Of a DNA stretch of 64,000 nucleotides, positions 54,941-64,000 are shown piece after piece. Origin of the DNA: Trichinella spiralis. Lineage: Eukaryota. The stretch spans positions 4,622,425 through 4,686,424 of the forward strand of contig NW_003526941.1 in assembly GCF_000181795.1 (NCBI RefSeq), written 5' to 3'. Below the pieces are notes generated by a model. It searched no databases. It was given only the letters and a program-made list of their open reading frames with translations, and was not told where the DNA came from. Position 1 is the first letter of the stretch, and each line of letters opens with the position of its first letter. Position numbers and translations under genes: made by a program.

Positions 54941-56800
54941 ATGGTTGGGGTCATGTCTTATGCGCTTTATTTTCTCTGCGATAACCAGTGAAATGTATAT
55001 TGCATACCTTTTCTGCCTTTCATACAAGTCTTACTGTGTCTGCTTTCATTACGTTATCGAGCAAAAATTTTCACGGCTGTTAATCTAAAGTCACAATAAA
55101 AGCAATATACGAGAGACAATTTTACAATAATAAAAATTACGTTATTCTCCAATTACTAGATATCATTGGTTTGCTGAAAAATAAGCATATCAATTGTGTA
55201 AAATCAATTTTCATTTTTCAAACCGTATTATTTTTTTGCACATCATGTCATTCCATTATGATGATCATCAGACTGTTGTTTCTATTCTCTTTTATCTCTG
55301 TTGAACACAACCAACTGCTTTACACTGAAAATTCAGTGTTCATCATTTTCCTTTTTACATGCAACAATTAATACTGTTATCGATCGAAATCTTTTTCGTG
55401 CATTTGTCACAGTGTGAAGATTATTAAATTGTTCAAATGAATGCGCTGCACATTTTCTGCAACTATTTATTGTTTTCTTCGCAAAAATATTTTATCATCT
55501 TCAGCATTCATTCATCAGTCGTCATGGTTGTCCCGCTTTACATCACCAAGCATTATCATACATTATGAATAATTTCATTAACAAATTGTCAAGTATGTGA
55601 TTTTTCATTTTTATCTCCACTATTTATTATCCTATAAATGTTACTTTATTATTACTTTATAAATGTCTACTATTTATACATTATAATAGATTTAAAATGC
55701 AGCTGATGTTAGATTTGGCGAATGTAAAGTCGACGTTTCTCGCAAGCTATAGTTGCTAAGCAAACAAACGGGAAGGCAAAGAACGAATGAAAATTTGCAT
55801 GCTAACGAGACACGCCTAATAATGATGAAATAATTTGACTTAACTTCCGCTTTAAAACTTTAATAATAACTTTATTTAATTTACTTTATTTGGGCTAACC
55901 AATCGCTTCTAAATGTGGGAAGCAATATTATCTTTAATATTGTAAAGTTCTGTCTCATATCTTCTTGTTTGTGTGATTTTGCATCAACGGACGTAGAGAT
56001 TGTTTGCTGAGAATAACGAAAAGTAAGCGTACTACATGTTTAGCACAATTTTCATGGAAATTTTGATTTGCGGAAAGAAAATCAAATATTAATCATAAAG
56101 TATAACTCATCGATGATTATGTTGTGTATGATTTGAATTTACATCAATTCATGAATTCTAAATTTTCTTGTAGGGTTGATTTTGGAATATTTGTAGGCGG
56201 ATGGTGTCGTGCAACATCAGAATAAAAGACGATTTTAAAGGAAACCTGACAAGCAACATCATTTATATTCAGCATGGTCGATCACGTTGTGCAACTCTTC
56301 AAAAAATGTATATCTCCAAATGATGGGAGGTTGACTATTTTTGTAAGTTACAGTTATTTTATTAAATGACATTGTAAAAATGCTTGAAATAGATACTGAA
56401 TATATAATTGCTAAATTATAACTAAGGAATCCGTTCTTTGAAATTAATAAGTTAACTCTGCTGAAAATGGTATTCATTGCAAAGTTTAATTATCCTGGTG
56501 ACTAATATTGCATGCGTAGGCAGCGATCATACACTAATAGTTGATTGTTGTTTAATTTACGTACGATTAACGTTGCCGTTCAGTTCCATTTAAGTTACGG
56601 TTTTTTATGCTTCTTTCAATTACGTCATAATATTTTTTAAGATAGATAGTGACTTTCATCTGTAACGTATTCAGGATTTTGTTACTGTTGAGCAATTATT
56701 ATAGTATAGTCCTTGTTGTTAGCCCATTACATTACCTCACGTTTTCAAAGCATAAATGCATTTCTAGGTCAGCGGAGTATGTTTATGCTAATGTAAAGGT

Positions 56801-57081
56801 GAACATTGCCGATGGCATTCTGCTACGTGCACTTTGTGCCATTCAAATCCGGAAGTAATTTTCCTTATATAAATTTCTGCTTATTGAGAGAACTGCTCTA
56901 TTATTTAATTATTCGTTGGTGAAGAGCGTTCTAATTACTCACTGCATTGCGTTATTTGGTTATTTTGGTGCTTCACTTCAACAAAAACGTTGTGACTGTT
57001 AGATTGAAAATATGATAATACCATGAACACCGGTTGGAAAATTTACGGCTCTGCGTTTACTTTATACCTCATCACTGACAG
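56801..57081 (+). promoter_or_regulatory. Promoter-like block, copy B (ETS + TATA) followed by an exon-like segment
   Basis: ATTGCCGATGGCA..ATTCAAATCCGGAAGTAATTTTCCTTATATAAAT. Downstream ATG at 57023 and donor ACTGACAG|GTATGA at 57081. Confidence 0.5.
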
Positions 57082-58770
57082 GTATGAGTTTTTACATATT
57101 TGGTGTTTTTTTCATCGTTTTCTTTCATTCTCTCTCAAACTGAATTGCACGAAACATCGCCATTTTGCCACCTTTCATAGTAGTTTAATTTTAACTTTTA
57201 TGTACGGAAACAAATGGGTTTTTTATCTGTAGCGACTTTCAACAAATAATTGGCATTTTATTAGAGACATCTTTATAAATACACTGGTTTAACAAGCAAA
57301 AGCTCATTTACAATAGTCTTTACAAATACTATAGCAAATTAGTATTGACAAAATACTCGAATTACTCCCACGTTATGTTCAGTGCGCTCAGCAGTGCTTA
57401 CTGTTCAGGTAACATACTTGGCTAACTGGTTAATGGAAATGTCGATTCCGTGACCAGGATGCTGCAGTCGAACTGATCAGTTTGTACATAGGATTGTTTC
57501 AGCTTGACATAGGAAAGCGGCTGTCACGTAGAGAACTCACTTCCACTTATGACTGGTGAAGCTATCAGAATGGCCCTAACGTTCCTTTTGTCCTTGAAAA
57601 TGAATCCTTAAAAGTGCTATAATGTCATTGTATTGTAAATAGCACTGACTTAGTGGGACATGTTTTCCATCATTGAAGAAATAACTCCATCTCCATTAAT
57701 GTGGCAGTATTTATAAAACTGATACAACCCCTGATGATAATGCGTGATGCTTGAGCGAAGGAGCTAAAAACCATTACGCCCATTCTACATTTCCACCCTT
57801 GTTCCTTCCTCCTTTGCTGCTCCACCCTTATTTCCTGTCAGATGGTCCTTATCCCAGAACTGTTAACTGCTCTGAACTGAATCGAGATCAGGCTCAACTG
57901 AAAATTTTTCCACCCCTCCCAGACCCCAATTTCGAGTTGAATGAACTGCGCTCAGTTACTGTGTCCTGATATAAATTCTATGATTTCACTAAATTGTCAT
58001 CGACTCCTGAGACCTTATTGATAAGGGTGATTCATCAAATCTTCCTTACTCCTGGCTGTTATGTTTTATTGTTATTATAAAATGCAATACGGAGCGGTCA
58101 CTTGCAGCAGTTTCTCATAGTCATTGAAAAACCTTGAGAGACTCGATTCCTTCAATTGCGTATATCTTTTATTGTATTCAGTTGTGCTAACGCCGTGCTC
58201 AACTAAGTTTACACTCTTAGCTTAAATTATTATCAGAAAGCGCAGACAAACCGAAACGGCAAGTTGAAAGAAAGAAGCTTCTGGTACAATTTTCTTTCAA
58301 ACACTTTCAAATTCCTGGCCGGGATGTTGCGGCAGTTTCAATAACATTTTTAATGACAAATGTATTGTTTCTATTTCATGAATATTCATTTTTAGAGATC
58401 TACATGAAGCTTTTTGTTTTTAATAGCTATTTGTTGGGTGATTGATTCTATGTTATTTCCAAGTATGAATTGTAATTATTGTTATTCTCATCCAATTTAA
58501 CTACTCTCCATAAATATTTTGAATGCGTTGTTCATGAAAATCTGCTTGTTTTTAATTTGACTAAACGTTACATAATTCCTGTGGTAATTATTATCATTAG
58601 AAAATTAAATCTATTTTTTTTATAAATCGGAAAATTCATTTTATTTTTTAAACTGCTTTCAGTTTTACTATAAATCTAATTCTGATTTGTAGAAATACAA
58701 TATTCGTACATTATTCTATCACCTCATACTTTCAATCAGCTAAATTCAGCTCATCAAATTTGCATAATAA

Positions 58771-58842
58771 TGCACTATTACGTAGTAATGCAATATTACG
58801 TAATAGTGCAATATTACGTAGTAATGCAATCTTACGTAGTAA
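58771..58842. repeat. 4 x 18-bp tandem repeat with TTACGTA cores
   Basis: TGCACTATTACGTAGTAA, TGCAATATTACGTAATAG, TGCAATATTACGTAGTAA, TGCAATCTTACGTAGTAA. Confidence 0.92.
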
Positions 58843-59025
58843 TATGAAGTATGTAAATAAAAACGTAATAAATTTCATCGTCTCGTTTAGTAACGTTGTT
58901 CATAAAATTCATTGCACTGCGCTATTACTGATGGCGAATTAGGTTGTTCTTCCGGAGGCAAAGTAAATAGTCATTTGCATAATTTACTTATTATACGTTT
59001 AATCAGAGTACTTTGATTACTTTAG

Positions 59026-60152
59026 GTTATTCTGTTCACTGGATTGCTGTCCGTCAGGCGCTTTGTCAACTATATTCCCGCTCTTCAAAACGAACAAGGA
59101 AATAGTGGTAAGTTGGATTTGATATTTTGGTGGTGGTGTGCTATGCATGTTACTTTACTAATATGGTGAATGGAAACTGACAGGTCTCTTTTTCGTGTTG
59201 TTATTACTAACTTTCAGATACATCAGATGTTGAAGACCATGAAGTTCGTATTTCCGTTTTTTATTTTTAGATGACGGCATTAATATAATACACTTTCAGA
59301 ATTTATATTATATTCATATCAATGATCAAACACAAAGAAACAAACAAAGACATTCTGAAATTAGTGAATATGGTAAATATGCATTATTATAATTTTGCAC
59401 AGCTTTTTGAAATTATTCAGTGAAATTTAGATTGTAGATTTGCTACACCTTCAACTCCACATCACTTGAATCTTAACTACAGTACGCAATTAAGACATGT
59501 AGATAATATCGTAATTGAGTAGCCTTGATTTGAATATCTGAAAAACTGTATTTCCAATGAAATTAGAAATCTTAATGTTGCTTCAGATACAGAAGTTGCT
59601 TCAATTTATATACCACTGTATTAATTTCTTTTTAGAAAATTTCAACTTTTTTTATTCATTATGTTGCTCAGTTTTCTTTATAGGAACATAACAAGCAAAT
59701 AATGCACCGATATTACAACTCTATTTATACGTATCGTGCATTTTATTTGAATTGACAATAGAAGTTGCATTTTTTTAATTAGAAAGGTGTTCATGTTCAC
59801 ATCAGTGTGTTCTATATGTGGCATCTCAAACATCCGTAAGTATTTAACTTGCTCCTGATTGCAGTTGGATACATAAATTGTACACATTTTATTCATGACA
59901 GCATTACATTGACGTCAAGCGAATACGATGTTTCTTCTGATGGCACATTCAGTTAGTTGAAGTTGGTGCATTGACGTTTCCTTGTGGTCCTGGTGTGTTC
60001 TTACGTATCATAAGATAATGAGGAATTAAATGATTGTAATTGTAGCAGATTACGTTGAGACAGTCGTGTAGCGCTGGTATCCGTATAAATGCTATCAATG
60101 TATTGGTGAGAGTTGCCATCAGTGCGTTCCCAGTGTAATATGATAAAAATTA
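59026..60152 (+). other. Orphan multi-exon gene or pseudogene, left paralog
   Basis: Small AG/GT-bounded segments (for example 59026-59107, 59271-59372, from 59431, to 59835, from 60049). Four blocks are homologous to the inverted copy at 63250-63930. Confidence 0.5.
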
Positions 60153-60282
60153 GTAAGTAGTTTTTGTTTTCTGTTGTAACTGTGGATTACGTCGTCTCAT
60201 TCATTACGTCATTACGTATCGATGCCAACCCGTTCACCTGTCCTTCGCCGCCACCCTCCTCTTATATAAATTTTTGCTTCAA

Positions 60283-60505
60283 ATCAGTTTATACAAATTT
60301 AAACTAGTTTATAAAATTTATATATATATATACAGTTTATACAAACTGATTTTATTTAAACTATCCTCCAACTTACTTTATATAAACTATTCTTCTGACT
60401 GAGTTTATGCAAACTATCTTTCAACTGATTTTACATAAACCATCTTTTAACTAAGTTTATGCAAACTATCTTTCCGCTCCATTTATATATAAACCATCTT
60501 TTAGC
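60283..60505. repeat. About 26-bp minisatellite (AGTTTATRCAAACTATCTTTCAACT-like)
   Basis: AAAC(T/C)AT(C/T) recurs at about 60358, 60384, 60411, 60437, 60463, 60491. Two 41-bp-spaced GTATACCCGC satellite motifs follow at about 60509 and 60550. Confidence 0.85.
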
Positions 60506-61009
60506 TGCGTATACCCGCCTGCCACGTCCTCTATCTCCCTTTCAGAGTGGTATACCCGCCGTCTCAACGTTTAACACAAAGTAAGAAGGAATTCAATATT
60601 GTTTATGATAGCAATCAAATACGTTAAATAATTATAACCAGCATGTCGCTAGGTAATCTGGCATTTTGTTTTTGATAGAAATGGATTACGTCAATATAAT
60701 GAGAGAATTTTCGTTAAGATGCCACTCTCAAATTGCGTTTCCCACAGGTTCTGAAGTTTTTCCTTGTCACACCAGGTAAGGAAGAATTATCAAGGTTCCA
60801 CAGCGTCCACAGTGCTGTGTTGCAAAATTTATTTTTATCTTATCGCTGATTTAATGTTTTTATGCCTGCATGTGAAAATAAGAACCGCATCCTGAATGAC
60901 CGCCATCGATTAACGTAAGTAGTTCTATTTTTCTGCTAATTTATAAACCTATTTAAGGAACAATGAAATGCACTGTTATTCATCTTAGATCAATTTTAGA
61001 TCTGCATAG

Positions 61010-61490
61010 TACAGGTAAGTAGCGTCAAAGTGTTTATAGTTGAGAATGCGTAGAGGTAAGTTGGGTGCAGGTAAGTACAGTATAGATGTAATTATATAAA
61101 CAAACAGAGTAGAAGCAAGTACAGAGCACGTAATTATACATCACGTGTATACATCATCTAGAGATACGCAGAGTGCAGGTAAGTCGTGCAGGTAAGTATA
61201 GTGTAGAGGTAAGTAGAGTGCAGAGGTAAGTAGAGTGCAGAGGTAAGTAGAAAGCAGTGTCAAGTCGAGTTCAGGAGTACGTAGTATGCATGTGGTAGAG
61301 TGCAGAGGTAAGGAGCAGTGCAGATGAAGTAGAGTGCAAGAAAAATAGAGTGCAAGTAAGTAGTGTGCATGTACGTTGAGAGCAGCAGTAAGTAGAGTGC
61401 AGCTAAGTAGATAAAAAAGGTAAGATGTCTGCGAAGTACTAGAGTGAAGATGTCATTAGTGTGCCGGTAAGTAGAGTGCAGCGTCAGTTT
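61010..61490 (+). repeat. Minisatellite of about 17-bp AGGTAAGTAGAGTGCAG units
   Basis: At least 9 exact GGTAAGT plus degenerate copies on the + strand. Confidence 0.9.
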
Positions 61491-61499
61491 ATATGAGCA

Positions 61500-62300
61500 A
61501 AAGGGTCGTGTAATAGGCAATAATCAACGTGATGGAATCTATGAATGCCAGCCGAGGGAAAATAATATGTCCACAATGCACCCCCGCAGCAAAAATTATC
61601 ATATAACATAATAAAGTACAAATAATAACAAGGAACATCCATGGGCATTCAGGAGGGAATTTCCATATTTTTGTTTGCCGGCGGGCATTAATTGGGGTGT
61701 AAGCCTGGGCATATCTTTTAAAAAATTCAAATCCCGCAAAGATTGCGTGCAGGATGTAACTCGGGGTCGTCAGAGGGCACATGGAAATGAATAGAGAATG
61801 ATTAGAATATAAAAGGAACGCAAAGCATTGAAGAGGGCAAATAAACCACAAGAAAATGAATTTGGGATAGCTGGAGGGCATATGCAATCTTTTATTCAAA
61901 AGGGGGCATAGCCTGGGGGCAGCAGTAGGGGAAATTAGAAAAGCTTTGAAAAATTTGGAAGCTTTTTGAGGCACAGGTGGGGTTTAGCCGGAGGTCAAAA
62001 AAATTTGCATATTGCAATACGAGTGAGTATAAAGAATCATAGGCTTATATAGAATCCACCNNNNNNNNNNTAGTGCCATGGGCATAGCTGGAGGGAATAT
62101 AGCAAATTTTTATTTGCCCTGGGGCATAGCCTGGGGCGAAAGCCTGGGGCTATTTTTTAAAAATTTCGAAATTTTTGGAATTTTGCCTGAGGCATAGCCT
62201 GGGGCGTAGCCGGAGGGCAAAGTAAAAATTTGCATATTGCCCCCAAGTGTATTAAAAATTTGCATATTGCATAAAATAGATCGCCTCAGGCATCTGTATA
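61500..62300. repeat. Central roughly 220-bp G-rich repeat (GGCATAGCCTGGGG, AATTTGCATATTGC) spanning an assembly gap at 62061-62070
   Basis: Related units start at about 61640, 61862 and 62078. Copies left of the gap are more degenerate. Confidence 0.75.
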
Positions 62301-62320
62301 CATTGGTTGCATCAGCCTGT

Positions 62321-62660
62321 GCCTTCACCCTGTTCACTACTTACCTTCTCACTTGTCACTTACCTTCACCCTGTTCACTACTTACCTTCTCACTTGCACT
62401 TACCTTCACCCTGTTCACTTACCTTCACCCTGTTCACTACTTACCTTCTCTCTTGTACTTACCTTCATCTTGTACACAACTTACCTTCTGACTTGTACTT
62501 ACCTTCACCTTGTACACAACTTACCTTCTGACTTGTACTTACCTTCATCTTGTACACAACTTACCTTCTGACTTGTACTTACCTTCATCTTGTACACAAC
62601 TTACCTTCTCACTTATACTTACCTTCATCTTGTACAATACTTACCGAACTTACCTTTGCA
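62321..62660 (-). repeat. 40-bp minisatellite (two about 20-bp halves, each with AGGTAAGT on the - strand)
   Basis: ACCTTCATCTTGTACACAACTTACCTTCTGACTTGTACTT recurs at 62461, 62501, 62541, 62581. About 17 ACTTACC copies overall. Confidence 0.93.
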
Positions 62661-63249
62661 TTCACGAACTTCACATTTTCCTATAATGTCTGCTTAGACT
62701 TATTTTTAAACATTCCGTTATAGGCAACAAGGCTAAGTAAACAGCCATGTTGCCTTCAACTGAATGTCGGAATCTGTATCTAAACTATTCTTGCCTAAAC
62801 GTACCTGAAAAATTGAAGCAAACTTTACAATTAACGTACGCAGTATGCAAAAGTTAAAAGCTTACTGATCTGCTTCAGACTGACTGAGCATCAACTGATG
62901 GCAGGCCTTCGCCCTGTGTAAAGTGTAAAAATTTAAAACAACCGCATGTTCAATAACGCATAGTTAGTTACCAAAGAATGCACCAATTTCATCTAAATTT
63001 TGAACAAACTTATTTGCAGTGTTGTGAAATGTAAAAGCATGTTAAATAAAACTGATACAAAACAGCCACATATACAAATATGCAAAAAAATTACTTCTTA
63101 CATTTGTTGGTTATTCAGTTGCAGCTGCAGGCTAAAGCATTCAACTAAACATTCTTAGTCTGTGATAAGCCACACGACATCACTGTCACTCATCAAAATA
63201 AACAGAACGGCTACTTATTAATTTGTTGTTTATTAATTGGCACTTTCGA

Positions 63250-63930
63250 ACCGCACTGATGGCAACTCACACTACCAAATTTATAGAATACACACGGACA
63301 TCAGCGCAAATCTGTATTCACGATCTGCTGTTATTAGAAATTATAATTACAATTTTATTACAATTAATGTTATTACAATTAACAAACTTACAATAACTAA
63401 CAATTATACAAACTTACAATAAGGGAAACCACACCGATCATTGTATCATTACTGGGTAATGCCAGTATACCAACTTCAACTGACGCAGAGCGCCATCAGT
63501 ATGAAGACATATCTTGTGGATGTGGATGATGCATTGCATTCCTATAATAGGCAAAAGCTGTACTTACGTATTTTTGTGATAGCACATTTAGAACGCATTG
63601 ATATAAACTTGACAAACCAATTTCGCCAGAGCGACAGGAATTAGAAAACGGTTCAATTATGATGACGTAGGCTAATTCAATAAAGCATTGATTTACAAAA
63701 TTTCTGATAAATAGTGTTATATAAACAGAATATTCTTTCCCTTCACTCTTACCAGAAATATAGTTGTAAATACAGTTGCTGCACTGCAGTAAATATAGTT
63801 GTACACCTAAAAAACAACACTTCCAATGCAGTATTGAAACTTCAAACTTAATAAAGTCAAACATAACCAATCTACGTTATCACTTATATGATGCCGATGT
63901 GGAATTGATGGCGTAGCCAACATACAATCT
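63250..63930 (-). other. Orphan multi-exon gene or pseudogene, right (inverted) paralog; probably continues beyond the window
   Basis: The reverse complement aligns colinearly with 59431-60127, including shared acceptor and donor positions. Confidence 0.5.
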
Positions 63931-64000
63931 GTTTCCGGAAATCAAAATGATGGCAAACAAACAGCAGGGCGAAATTATGATGCACAGTTACCACATACAG

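Noticed and set aside
62160..62200. Sm-site-like AATTTTTGG suggesting an SL or sn RNA
   Set aside because: No upstream leader/donor stem-loop, and it lies within a tandem repeat unit.
61010..62660. CRISPR-like appearance of the short regular repeats
   Set aside because: No unique spacers, no cas genes, and a eukaryotic intron-containing context.

Overview
Eukaryotic, AT-rich genomic DNA with short GT-AG introns (about 50-70 nt, TTTCAG-type acceptors). This is consistent with a nematode; a Trichinella-like species is my inference from sequence style only. The window has three zones. (1) 1-14.5 kb is gene-poor: microsatellites, scattered minus-strand splice donors and a possible decayed hAT fragment. 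(2) 14.8-42.7 kb holds conserved genes: a Cys-rich single-pass membrane protein (+), ACF1/BAZ1A (-, 14 exons), NOP10 (+), a PRDM13-like C2H2 factor (-), a WH1/EVH1 + CRIB-like protein (-), and a tight minus-strand run of UQCC2, poly(A) polymerase and CHP1. (3) 43-64 kb is an accessory, repeat-rich zone. It contains a duplicated ETS+TATA promoter-like block, a 1.1 kb direct duplication with small spliced exons, a 5 kb hierarchical satellite (about 40 > 323 > 647 bp) and a piggyBac transposase relic. At the right end is a mirror-symmetric locus: two diverged, convergent, multi-exon orphan paralogs each run into a sense-oriented array of perfect U1/5' splice-site motifs (AGGTAAGT), around a gapped octamer-containing central repeat. 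No tRNA, rRNA or CRISPR features were recognised. All exon boundaries were read by eye.
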